Assembly: GCA_002104905.1 (NCBI GenBank) | Contig: MCFE01000788.1 | Span: 1 to 36,169, forward strand | From: Basidiobolus meristosporus CBS 931.73 | Taxonomy: Eukaryota; Fungi; Basidiobolomycota | Length of the DNA stretch: 36,169 nt | Reading direction: 5' to 3' | Shown here: one piece after another, positions 22,504 through 34,938 of the stretch | How positions within the stretch are numbered: the stretch's first letter is position 1 | Layout of the letters: each line of letters starts with the position of its first letter | Notes under the pieces: generated by a model | Databases searched by the model: none | The model's input: only the letters and a program-made list of their open reading frames with translations | Told to the model about the DNA's origin: nothing | Program-made: the position numbers and the translations under genes

Positions 22504-24257
22504 CCAAAAGACTGACACGGAGTTTGAGGGGAGGAGGGGAAGGTGAAACCTAACTCACTTTAACCAACTCGAGGTAACAATCCTCTCTAATAACCTATTC
22601 TTAACTAAATGCGGACTCCATCCCTTACTTTTCTGACCAATATCAGTTCTCTGGAAGTGGTGCTGACGCTCTCGCTATGAGTTCCCCCCTCCCTTCCTCT
22701 CAAGCAGAGTTGCTGCAAAGCATACTCTCCTCTCACTGATGATGGAAACAACAAAACACGAAGGATCGAAGCAAACAGGTTCTTTCCAGGAAAGGGAACG
22801 TAGAAAGTGGAGCGATCTGGGCACGGGAGAGGGGAGAGTGTGACGAAGCCAAAGAAAATGAAAGTACCTTGTAATACGACGCTTGTTCAGTTGCATTTTC
22901 TGGTGTATTAGCTTGATTTGGTGGAATAATTACGGAGGGCTTTGAGAGGATCAGTCGAAATAGAAACGAGGAGCTGGAAATATTTAACGTGGAAGGTAAT
23001 CGATATTAAACAATCTAAGTAGCGAATCCAGGTTTCCTGGTCGAGGTATATATACCGCCGACGCTTTTCCACGAAGCCAAGGGCCAACCCCTTCTTTTAC
23101 CTGGCAAAAGAATAATACCTAATCCCTCCTAAATGTGCAGCGACAAGATACATATGCAGGGTAGAAGCCCAGCTTCGTCCATTCATGAAATGCATCCTTT
23201 TCATAATTCAGTCGATTTTGGTGGCTGTAGCGGGATGTGATTGGTCGGTGGCCTCTCCCTGTCGTTCATCTTTACCGTCGCTTTTGTCTTGGTCAATGAG
23301 TCCTGAGAAGCACATTTGTGCACAGCTATCCCTCCATTCATAAGATACAATGAAAGTCTATTAGCCCGAGTTCCAAGATTGAATCTATCCTTATGCAGAT
23401 TCCATCAACCAAGACTTTGATCTTCAAATTCAGGGCTGTTGTCTGATGAAGCAGCCAATGGGCCATGTATGAGGTAGGTATCTGGGAATAATGGGTCATT
23501 GTAGGAAACTGTGGGATGCCCTGGGATTGTGCCAGGCTGAGATTGGTGTGCGGAATAGCCGCCCAGACACAATGCTGTCACTCGCTCGATCTCGGGTATT
23601 TCTGGCCTCCATACGTGATTGTTTGTATGGTAGATCCGCGCCCAAGAGCCAAACAATCCGTCCTCGATGCTGGAGGCAATTGGCAGTTGAGCGTAGGCGG
23701 ATGGATTGGGGCTTACTGTAACGATAATGCCAAGGCAGGGCATCTCCGAGGCTGGACACATGGATTGTTAAAACCATGCCAAAAGCAAGCCCGCTTTCCT
23801 ATGCAGTTCAGTCCATTATGCTCGGAAGCCTCAACACCAGCCTCATTTTCTTTCGAAGCTTCATTGGTTGGAGCACTGGTGTGGCGCTAGCTTTCGTACT
23901 TGTTTATTGAATCTTCCATAACGACCAATCAGACACGGGGCAATCCAGAGTAACTTGAAAGAATTGGAATGCAGCCCTGGAATGCTAACCCAAATGCTAA
24001 GCAAACAATGTCTTCCCTATAACCCAAGTTGCCCCCAATGCCAAATCGGCACCAAATCACTAAAACCCAATTGGCACAGGCTCTCTTGAGGGGCTCAAGT
24101 TCGATTTAATCCTTTGTTAACGATAATGATAGTAATGGTGATAGTTGCACCCGTTACGAATGAACACATATTTGTTGATCAACAAACAAGCAGATCGATG
24201 GTGGCATTCAGCATTGAATTAGCTTCTCAAAGTGGAACATCACTTCCATGAAAATTT

Positions 24258-25787
24258 CTATAATGTACACATCCGTGGCGCCGCCTCGAAATGATCATAT
24301 TGAGCAAATGGCAAGGTATCTCGTTTTTGCGCTGCAATCTCGTCTATCACCAGGGGATCATATGGATGCCTCGCGAGTAGCCCATACAAATCCTGTGGCA
24401 ATTGTCGTATCAGCCGTGTTGTGGCATTGATAATGACCCGTGCGTTAAGGTCTGGTAGCGTACGAAGAAGCTTCATGGGGCTGTGTGGGTTCAATTTGAA
24501 TGAATAGAAAGCATCCCAAGGATGGTAAAGAAACATTATCTACCTGGATGAAACGAGAATTTCTTCTCGTATAAGTTGTAGTTGTGCAACGATACAAAGT
24601 ATATTCAAGTGTACGCCAAAGGACAATAGGAAGTCCCACAGTTTAATGGCTTCGCTCAGTGGGGGAGTACACACACAGAAGGTGAGTACGGCTAGGATAA
24701 AACATTGTCAAATCAAGTCCAATCCTGTTAGCCATTAAAAATAAAATTTTTGGTCTTACACGGAAAAGCATATATCTCGGCGGAGAGATTCTTCTCACGA
24801 AGGTACGTGTATAGCTTCAAGTCCAGGAACTTGAGGCAAACATCTAACAACTGGAATTAAAGTTGAGTCAAATAATGTAACCTAATGTTTGGGCTTCGCG
24901 AGTATACCTTCAACCCACAGTGAACTCCTTGTAAGGCGGGTTGCACATAAAGTGGGCATGAATATTGAAGGAATGTGTCAAAAGTATGGAAAGCGTCAAC
25001 TTCGGGTAATGCATATAGAAACGGTGCTGCCAAAACGTTCATCCCCTGGACATATGTAAATTGCCAGTTGTAAGCAGAATCACCACCTGTGAATGTAGCA
25101 ATATAGATATTTAAAATCGGGAGGTTGGATATAAAACAATATGCGGCATATTGATACCATTCTTTCCATGCTTCCATACAAAAGCATTGAGGACCCGGAT
25201 TAACTTGTTCTCTCCAACATCGGTCAGAAAACGTTTGTCGGTGGCTAAGGTTCGGAACGTATCGTTCCGAATTTTATCATAAAAGTGGGAACGCCCCTTT
25301 TCGACGTAAGATATATATTCTGTAGCTGAGCTTTGGTATACACCTAGAAGAATTTTCCATATTCGGCACCGTAAGGTTTGAGAGTTGGTCACACGGGGCT
25401 AAAGTAATAAAGGCGATGTGAGTACATACAAAGATATAAGGTAGTGAAGAAATAACTTACGGAGTCTGGTATTCCTTCGGATAGAATCAAACTCTTCAGT
25501 TGCTTCAAGGTTTCGTACATCTCTCTCTCAGTGTAATGAGTGTGATTTAATAAGGATTCAAACAGCTCTTGTCTATTTCTTGAATTATCGTCCGGCGAAT
25601 TGCTGAGATGGTTTGATTGAGTAGGAGAGATGCGAGGGATCCGCTTGAACTTTGTGGGAGTATCTCCAGTAACTATGCATGGACCTTTAGGAGAGGGTGA
25701 GCTCAATTTTGAGTTCGGAGAGAGCGGAGACCAAGCGGAAAATCGGTCAGGCGTTCGATTCTTAGCGAGTTTAGGTCTGGCAAACAT
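24258..25787 (-). CDS. BUB2: Bub2/Cdc16 TBC-domain GAP of the mitotic exit/septation checkpoint (402 aa); exons 25787-25461, 25398-25158, 25086-24908, 24850-24760, 24691-24544, 24480-24258
   Basis: Motifs: LRCRIWKILL, KIRNDTFRTLATD, YVQGMNVLAAPF, GVHCGLKLLD, AEIYAFPSVLT..CTPPL, LWDFLLSFGVHLNILCIVAQL. Five canonical introns of 57-71 nt. Confidence 0.9.
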
Positions 25788-26779
25788 TGGAGATATTGAT
25801 TTTGACAAGTGAAGGTGGAAGCAGTTCTTTGCTGTAATCAGTTTAAAGTCTTCATGTAAGAGTGGAGGAGGGCAAAACACAAGAGATCAAGGTGAGTTGA
25901 AATGATAAATTATAATTGACTACATTATAGGTGCACTAATGAAACATTTTCGCCGCTGTATGCACCCTGCGAGACCGATTCAGTTTCTATAGGCATGAAA
26001 ACAATCAGCATGCATTGATGATAATTAAATGATGACCCATTTCAAAAACTGCCTAGATATCAATGTGATATGGGCGAGATTAACCCGAAGCCGTATATTT
26101 ATAGAGCCTGTGGGGTAGCAATAAAATGAGGCTAAGTTGAAATCAAGTATCAATTGCTATCGACTCCGTCCACCCACACCAAATCATGCAACGTTTGAGA
26201 TAGGAATTTATATTCCTGTTATGGTCGGCAGCTATGACGAATACGGTATATAAGCTCAACCTAACCTAACAATTAGATAGTACGAAATTGATACGATTTG
26301 TTTACTGCAACTCATTCAGCCACCCCATTGGACTTCGTCCGAATGTGGGAAAGGCATTATTTCTTGGTGCCAGTGACCATTGTTGAAGGAGTTTATCAAA
26401 CATAGCATTCACCAATCCACCACGGCTAAGTTACACATAGAAGGCATGCTACAATGTCAACTCTGCTAGCCACATACAGCCAAGGCCGGATGGACTACAG
26501 TTCTGAGCTCCACTTGTCGATGTCTCGCATTTCAAAGAGGTCAGTGGGCCTGAGCCATGTGGCTATCGCCTAGTAGCCGTAAGACAAGCCGACTTCATCC
26601 GCTACTCTCTCCAGCTACAGGGGATACACGATTGCGAATTTGGCATGACCACACCATCACCGCCGTTTATCTAGGTTAGCCAATCTTGACGCCCTAATGG
26701 TGGATTATATCTCATCGTTGCTGGTGTTGGGGCAGAATATCCTCCCCAACCTTCAGTCTTTTCACACAAAGGGAACTCG

Positions 26780-26788
26780 TTATCTGAT
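26780..26788 (-). promoter_or_regulatory. Iron-responsive GATA repressor site candidate (ATCAGATAA)
   Basis: The plus strand reads TTATCTGAT, which is ATCAGATAA on the minus strand. This matches the ATCWGATAA consensus of SreA/Fep1/Urbs1-type factors and lies upstream of the ferric reductase. Confidence 0.55.
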
Positions 26789-26957
26789 TCGATGATCTGA
26801 TTGTCATAGCTGTACAGGAAGCAACTCCTTGCTCTCACCATATTCTAAACCCTGAACAAACCATGCCTCACTCTGTTTTTGGACATTCTAATCGCTAAAT
26901 GGAGTAACCCTTTCGAATTAGGAAAACATCGGTGGTTTACGTTTGAAAGAAACATAC

Positions 26958-26966
26958 ATCTGATAA
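26958..26966 (+). promoter_or_regulatory. Iron-responsive GATA repressor site candidate (ATCTGATAA)
   Basis: An exact ATCWGATAA match ~250 nt upstream of ATG 27218. Confidence 0.55.
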
Positions 26967-27217
26967 CTCTATGGTTGAACAGATTGGTCGAGCAACAAGA
27001 CTGGCTGATCTCTGTATCCCTTCCAGTGGAACATGAGTCTTGTACGGTGTCTTATTCTTGTCAATAATTCCGGTAGTGCGAGTGGGATGATTGGAGATCT
27101 CCTATCCCCTGAAGCGCTGCTGGGTATATATATCTTCAAATGATTCGTTTCAGCTTCCAGAATTGGTCTACCCTGCCTCGTCCGTTCTCCCCGCTACACA
27201 GCCATCAATATTTCGCA

Positions 27218-29102
27218 ATGGGCAAGGTTCCGCCCTGGTTAAGGCTATATCAGGATAATGCCAAAGAATTCTTGCTAGTCATTGCTTATCTAGTGTGCAT
27301 AAGAGCATTCTTCCATCTGTCGAGGTCCTTGATATGCCGTCAAAGTTGGTTTGCAAAGGGAGCTAGAATTGGCACCACCACATTACTCGGAATACCCGTT
27401 GTTGCACATCTACGAAGAATATTGCTGCCAGTTAGTCCACTCCTTGGGTTAACCATAGGCCAATGGGTGGTGATTCTATTGTATTTCGGCCTGGTCATAT
27501 GGTATTCAGTCAAGGTGGTATTCGCCCGCCTAACAAGAACTACCGATATCGCATTATCTTCCGGATATATATCCATAGCAAACATGCCGATAATGATAGT
27601 GCTGGCCAACAAAAACACCATCCTGACGAAGCTGCTTGGTGTAAGCCACGACAGCCTCAATTACCTACACCAAGCCTCAGGGATAGCAACGGCATTTACA
27701 GCAACGGTGCATACTGTTCTATTTAGCATGATCTGGCTGAAGTTTGGAAGCTTCCAAAGGTTCATCATGCTGCCATATGTCCTCTACGGGGTTGTCGGGC
27801 TCATCCTATTTATCATCCTGTGTTTATCATCAATAAGTTACATTCGACACCGGTGCTACGAGTGGTTTTTGGGAATCCATATCACAGCTTTCGTGCTGAG
27901 CATTGTGTTCGTTGCTCTCCATTTCTGCCAAGACAATGTGTATTTATTCTATGTATTCAGCGGATTTGCCCTCTTTGTTGTAGACAGAGCCATTCGGACC
28001 AGCCGAGCATTCTACTATAACCTGCTGCTTCGGTTGCACAGAACCCGAAAAGAAAAGATCCCCCTTGACAAGGTACAGTTGTTGCCCGGGAGTGTCGTAC
28101 GTATGGAATTTTTCAAGCCCATGAAATGGGCACCTGGACAGCATGTTTTCCTATGCATGCCTGGTGTTGCATTTGGGCAGTGGCATCCATTTACAATCAC
28201 GTCGACATACGAGGCAATAGAGGATAGTACGCCAGAGTGCTCTATAGTGGTTGTTATCCAAGCGCAAAAAGGCTTCACAAAGACTTTGTACGAACATATG
28301 CTAGCAAATTCTGGCACTCAACAGAACCTCCGTGTCCTGGTGGATGGCCCATATGGAGCCTACCATTCCATGCATAATTTTGAAACAGTCGTGTTGATAG
28401 CGGGAGGTACTGGTGCTGCGTTTACCATCCCCATCCTCTCCGACTTGATTCGTAGGAAGCTTCACGGGCCTTCAGTAACCACAAACAGAGTTCACTTCAT
28501 TTGGAGTATCAAGAAAAGAGGTGAATTTAGTTCAAACTATCAATCGTGATCTAGAGTAATGGAATACTGACCTCATTCGTTTAGCTCATATCTCCTGGTT
28601 TGTAGAGGAACTGCGCAAATGTATACTTTTGTCACCAGACGGATTTCTACATGTCCAGGTCCACATTACTGCGGAGCTAAAGGATGCGGCAACGAAGTCG
28701 TTAAATGATAGCCTCCTCGATGAAGCGAGCTCTTTGATAAGCTCCGGGGCTGATCACAAAGACTACACAACAATAACGCACACTAAACCAGTGCAGTCCT
28801 TGATAGATTTAGAATCTGCGGAATATTCCGAATTCCAGACGTATCCTCATCGACCAGATATTGGAAGCATCCTTGAGGATGCCTCACATATCGCAAGCAG
28901 TGATATTGGGGTATCAGGTTGGTTCAATGTGTTGGTAAACTGCCTCGCCTATTCACTGAACCTCTTGTTTTGAACTGTAGTTTGTGGACCAGTCAGCCTA
29001 GCGAAAACGGTGCGTCGATCTGTTAGTGAAAAAAGTTCCTTTTCAACGCGCCAGGGATCAACAGCAGGGATCTATCTGCACTGCGAGAACTTTGAATGGT
29101 GA
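27218..29102 (+). CDS. Ferric reductase-like transmembrane oxidoreductase (FRE family); exons 27218 (or 27140)-28520, 28585-28917, 28981-29102
   Basis: Heme-ligand His pairs (YLHQ..VHT; GIHI..ALH), the FAD site HPFT, and NADPH motifs DGPYG, AGGTG, VCGP and C-terminal ENF are all present. Introns are 64 and 63 nt. Two in-frame ATG starts are possible. Confidence 0.9.
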
Positions 29103-32100
29103 GCACACCATGGCGCCTTCCAATCATTGCTGTAAACCGAGGCCAAACCTCGATGCCCTTACGAAAGCGAAACACCCCACTGCACTGATCTTTTTTCGCG
29201 ACAATAAGTATTGTACTGTATCTGACCCAATTCATTCAATAAGTGTAAGTAGAACATTCACCAAGCCACATATTCCTGTCATTCGTCATCACAGATACCA
29301 TCCCTGTTTAATAAACTACAGCCATCCGTTGCTTAATACGATTTGCAGAGCTTCTCTCTCTGGCCTACAGTTTTGCTGCCAACTTTTGCAAGAAAACTAT
29401 GGAATCTAATAGAGCCAATAGCCCGCTCTCTCTTTATCAGGAAACATAGACTTGAACTACTATTCGATTGGCTGCTTTGGAAATAACTAACCTACCAATC
29501 ATTTACCACTTTAACGGCTGCCTGCAAATGCAGTAATTTCAAGGACAATGATGGCTGATCATTTGATAAGGATCTAATAATGCAGCACAATAATTGATTT
29601 TGTGCAACAACCCCAAGCAAGATGTCAAGTACTGATCCCTACGCTATTGCAGCCTATAGACTGGTTCCCAAAATGCTCTGCCTTCATTATAATTATTCCA
29701 CAAGATTGATATTAAGCAAGTAAAATGCGACTGCATCATCTAAGTAATTAAGCACAACTCATATACCCTGTGAATCATTAGTTCAAGTACATAGGCTTTT
29801 GTAAAGCTTATAAGCTAAACATGGATATGGCTTATATAAGGTAATGAAGAAACTATAAGCACAAAGTTTGCCAATAAAAGAGAGCAAGCTTGGGGCTCAT
29901 AGCCTGTTGCAAGATTCCAGGGACTATATAGGAAAGATGCAATAGCCCAGAGAAATCAGAAATCAATACAGAGACAGGATGAGTAGATAATGTGTGTGGA
30001 GTAATCATTAATCCAGGTAGAGAATGCAGTATTTTTGCTCCAATGAAGGGCCTCAAATAGCTTCATGACACAGACTAGGATTGAACCACTTCCCAATGTA
30101 CCAGCAGAGAAGCATAGTACAGTCTTTGAAGCATAACAAGAGTACTCAATGATGAAACCCTCACAAGGCATATCACAGCATTGGAGGGAAAAATGGCAAT
30201 GTTTATATCAAAGCCTAAAAGTCAAAAGATATTGAAGAATTGTGGAGTTTTCAAGTGTAATAACAATATGTGGGGTAATATTTAAAAAGCCCTAGGAGCT
30301 CTAGTATGCAATCATCTAAAGGTCATACAGTATGCACTTGACCTGTTGTATAAGCAAAATTGTGTGCTCAGACAAGTAAACAGACTTTGAATCAGGATTA
30401 GAATAATATCAATATGTCACTATCAAAGATATCAAAGTTGGATTTTATCTAATAATCAGTTGGTTTTCTGATAATATTATTATAGGATTGAGCTGGTATT
30501 TTTCATTCAAGTTTCTATTTGTAACTCTTTGTGGAAGTAATAAGTTGCTGAATACCAAACAGGGTATGATTGTGGGCTGGCACAGTCTTACTCAAGAGAT
30601 ATGTCTCCTTTTCTGTCCAACAGCCAGTACATGATATTTTGGTAGTTAATACTTTAGAGACACTTGGAACTCTGCAAATTCCCTAAAAAAATAATTTGGT
30701 TCTGCAAGTGGGTCCAATTCAGATCAGCTGTCAGGATCCCATGATGAGCCTGTCATAATGCAGTCAGCTTGGAATTATTGACCCTCTACATGATCATATG
30801 GCAGGATCATGATAGCACTTTGTTGGTATTACTGCTAAATAAAGTTGAAAACTGTATTAGAACAGCCTTTTGGCAAGAATTGCTTGGCATTTTGATGGTC
30901 CTAATGTGTTCTACAGTTGTTTGAGTAGACCCAACTAGCCAATACATCCAATTGCCATGAATGGCCAAAAATATTATTGTGTTTTGATGGCCTCTTTGCA
31001 GACCTCTGCTGGTATAATAATAGCAGTACAGCATCCTACAACCAGTTCTATATAATGCTACCATGCCAACTTACCAAATGGTATTTCCTTTTTCTACCTC
31101 CCCTTTCACTGTTGATATATTCCACTGTAGAAGCACCCTCTTTCTTTATTTACCCACTACTACCATAAATATTCCACTTATAGTCCAAGTAAAGAAATAT
31201 GACCTCCTGCTTTCTAACCACTACATACATGCACACCCACTGCAATTGACACACTTCTATCATCTCAACATCATGGCTCTTCAGTGTGATACTTGCAAAG
31301 TTACCATATACCTAGTAGTGCTGGTAACATATATATCTTGCAAGCATGTGCTTGGTTGCTGCCACTCTTGCCATGAATAACTCTGGTATATCTGCAAAAT
31401 ACTTTTGGCTCTTAGCCAATGTATTCCTTGTCCCAGATGGATTCTGGTCCCCCTAATACAATTGCTATGTACTTTTTTTATGTGTATTCTGTATTGAATG
31501 ATATAAAATTGGCTTGTGACCAGGAGAAACCTGGCATACTCTGATAAAGTTGTCCTAATAAAATTAGTTGCTTGCTGTGTCCAACCCAACTTTATATCAC
31601 CTGACTGATTACTCATGCACTGGTGCTGCCTAGCTTTTTGATGTCAAAGGCATAGGTGTCTCCATATGCACAGCTGTCCTGAGTATTTTCCAACTCTTCC
31701 TGGCTATCCTCTATGTGCCACCTCATCACATCCATGACAGACTTGAGAATAACTGTTTTGAGGAGATTGGGATACGGTAGTATCTGCCACTTGACTTGTC
31801 TTCCTATCTCTCTACACATCACTCCATAGAAAACTCCCAAAAGGTGAAGCAAGGCCCAATATTCTCCACACACCAAGTAAGATACAGTAGAGAGCTGATA
31901 CAGTAATGACAGAGATCTATGCATTCAGCTTTATGCTTTAAATATAGCTGCTCATACCTCATCATAAGCTCCTTGATATAAAAGCTGCAGATGTGCTAAG
32001 TTTGCAAAAGTGATCCACTTCTGGATAAATATTTCTACAATGTTAACATATATCTCCCTATACCTCTGGATTATTCTGGGTATAAATGCTTCAGAAAGCC

Positions 32101-32661
32101 ACCTACAAAATAAAAATCCAGCTCATCCAGTCCTTGCATTTATAACATTGCATATACATATGAATATTAATGAAGCTTGTGAGAAGTACTTTAGGCAGTA
32201 GATACTCTGTAATATTGTGCCAGTTCTTTCAGATATTTCCTGTATTTCAAAGGGCTTATTTGACTTGAAATGCCTCTTGCATAACTTGGTCATTGACATA
32301 GGAATATTGCTGAAGAGCAAATGCATTGCTCCCAGAGGAAAGCTTTTGCTCCAACAAATTTTGTCCATCTTGAGTATCTCCAATTTTTGATTAGTTACAT
32401 ACTCAGGTCAATGGCTTATAGCTTTCCAGCATTGCTGCAGGTGCATATTGACATCTGTCTATTCTTTCTGTGAAAAGATGATGTTCTTAGTGTTCATGTT
32501 TAGATAATAAAGATGTGAGAGAGTTATGGAGTAAATCCCCTGGATCTCACACATTCAATGGCAATATTGTCCTTTGTACCCAAAAAGGTAGGCTCTGTTG
32601 CTCATGACTGGAATAACTACAATGCAGGTAGCAATATGCACATTACATGATGGCCATTTGC

Positions 32662-33008
32662 TGTTGTAAAAGTGGTGGATATATTGGAAGTGATTGGGAG
32701 AACAAGTGGATTTTGCAGTCACACTTTATGATTTGTTGAATGTAATAGTAGTATTTATACTTTTACAAGGTCTTGGCATAACAAGCACATAGAATAGGTC
32801 TGGGAAGGTTCCAAGAGCATGTGTGCAAAGTTTGAGGCTGTTTGGACAATGTTGAGAATTTTTATGTTCTGGGTACCTGATATTTTGGTGAAAATAATCT
32901 GAGAAATCCCAACAAGGAATTTGGTCAGTATTCTCTAAGATTTGTATGTTATAATCTAAGTGACCAAGTTAGGTGAGTTTCTACGTGGATATAGAAATTT
33001 TCACAGCA
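32662..33008 (-). repeat. 3' LTR of the copia remnant (copy D, 347 bp)
   Basis: The minus strand starts TGCTGTGAAAA and ends TTTTACAACA (TG...CA with a short inverted terminal repeat). It has an internal TATAAATA and follows a purine tract directly. Confidence 0.8.
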
Positions 33009-33021
33009 CTTCTACTCCACT
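33009..33021 (-). other. Polypurine tract of the copia element
   Basis: AGTGGAGTAGAAG on the minus strand, between the RNase H stop and the LTR start. Confidence 0.6.
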
Positions 33022-34938
33022 AAATGCTCACACTGACTAGTCCTAGTTTTGACCTATAATATTCAAACTTGTCTCTAGCTAATGGGCTGATAAATATATC
33101 TGCAATCATTTCATCTGTAGAGCAGTAAACTAAGCTAACTAAGTTATTCTCTATAGCTTCACATATGAAATTATGTCTAATATCTATGTGCTTGGTTCTA
33201 GTATGCAAAGCGGGATTCCTATCTAATTGTATAATATCCTTGATTATCTTGAAAAAAGTTATAGTTATTTCTGGCATAAACCCAGGTTTTCAAAAATCTT
33301 TCTTAACCACAATGCTTTGTTTATAGGTTCACAGGTTGCCATTTACTCCGCTTCTATGGTAGGAAGTGCTATGGATGATTGCTTTCTTGAATCTCTTGAA
33401 TTTGCTCCTTTACATTAAGCTAGACTGAGTTTCTTCCTTCCTTTCCATGAAGTAGACTCACATGTAGATTGTATAATCATCAATAGAAGTGATTAAACAC
33501 ATCATCCTGCATAGGAATAAATTTGGCACACCTAGATCTGAGTGAGTTAGATCTAAGTTTTTCTTAGTTTTGATTAATGCAGAGCTCTTGAATGGTTGTT
33601 TGGCTTATTTCTAATACATTCAGGCTTTACCATGCTCCAAATTAGCTGGGGATCAGTTTTTACTCTGGAAATTAGCTCATCTTTGATCATTTTGTGTAAA
33701 TATTCAAGATTTATGTGTCCAAATCTCCTATGCCAAAGCATTGGTGTTTTTTCTTTTAAGTTACTTATTTTGGCTGCCAGATATGATGGAGTATAAGACA
33801 ACTTGTAAAGATTCTAATCTCTGATACCCAAAGCTAAATGTGAACCATTTTGATCAGTGATCCTGCATCCAGAATTACCAAGGCTGAATCTGAGTCCTTC
33901 TGCTTTGGTATTGCTTATAGACAGTAGGTTCTTGGCTATTTCTGGTACATAGAGTGCATGTTTGAAGGTGAATGTGCGGCTTCATTCACTGCCTCTGAGG
34001 TCAACTTGGATAGTACCTTCTCCAACTGCATAGTATGTTCTGTTGTCACCCATGAAAACTGTCTTCATTGCAATTTCTTGATATTTGGTTCAAAGTTTTT
34101 TTGGTGAGTAAATCTTTGAGAGGCTTCAGATAAGTATACCATTTCTGCAAATCCTTGTTTATGCTCATACTTAGTGCAGGTATTAATAGTATATCTTCAG
34201 TGGTTGCAGCATTTCCATATTCAAGCTTTTTAGCTGATTATTTCACCGCTTCTGGCATTGGTCAGATGTGTGTCCTTTACATTGGCAGTAGTGGCAAAGC
34301 AGGTTGCAGTTGCCTTTAAAGTGTCTTTGGTACCTTTTTTGCTAGTTATCATAGCGTATTAAAGTATCCTCTTCTTCCTAATTATTAGTACTTAATTTTT
34401 TTAAATCTTCATCCAGGAACCTTCCATATATGTAATATAAGGTCAAATCTTTAGTTCTGAGCTCTGGGACTAATATAAGGCCCTGAAGTTTGTTTATTAA
34501 CCTTCAGGATGGTAACTATCACATCTGCATCAGTAGTTGGTATGCACACAGATTCCTTCTCATCCACCGGCAGGGTAAATCTATTACCTAGATTTTTCAT
34601 TTGTTCTCCCTATGAAAAATTATTGAGATGATCCCGTCAAAAGGCCGTCACAAAGTTAATGTCCCATGACTGAAAGGTACTGATCTTGTCAGGACTCCGT
34701 CCAGAGACCGTTGAAAAATAATTGCACCCCAGATTTCACAAAAAACTTTGTCAAAATTTTTCATCACAACAATGTATAAGTGGTTTTTAATTGGTTCCCT
34801 GCCAATTTGCTCACTTTCTGATCCTGGACACTCTATTGCCTCCTATGTTTGTGTGAATTGATTGGCTATTGCCTCTTTTTCACACTCCTTACTTCCTGAC
34901 TCAACCGTTTCTCTTACTTTTCATCTTTACAAATTGAT

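Larger units (their letters stand above)
32662..34300 (-). mobile_element. Internally deleted, degenerate Ty1/copia retrotransposon
   Basis: Minus-strand order is: gag zinc knuckle CHYCQCKGHTSDQC (34296-34255); protease region VFMGDN..AVGEGTI..LYVPEIAKNLLSIS; GAG-pre-integrase LWHRRFGHIN; integrase start LDLTHSD..IDDYT..VYFM; RNase H SRKQSSIAL..EAE / HTRTKHIDIRHNF; then PPT and LTR. Multiple stops and frameshifts. Confidence 0.9.

Noticed and set aside
22092-22553. 153-aa plus-strand ORF
   Set aside because: It is the antisense shadow of the TPR exons and has no motif.
23200-23920. Overlapping ORFs that can be forced into a minus-strand spliced model
   Set aside because: The model needs a 47-nt intron and still contains an in-frame stop. 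No recognisable domain.
29760-32650. Short ORFs in the CpG-free block, considered as a further transposase or LRR gene
   Set aside because: Too decayed to show any diagnostic motif, so it is reported only as part of the depleted block.
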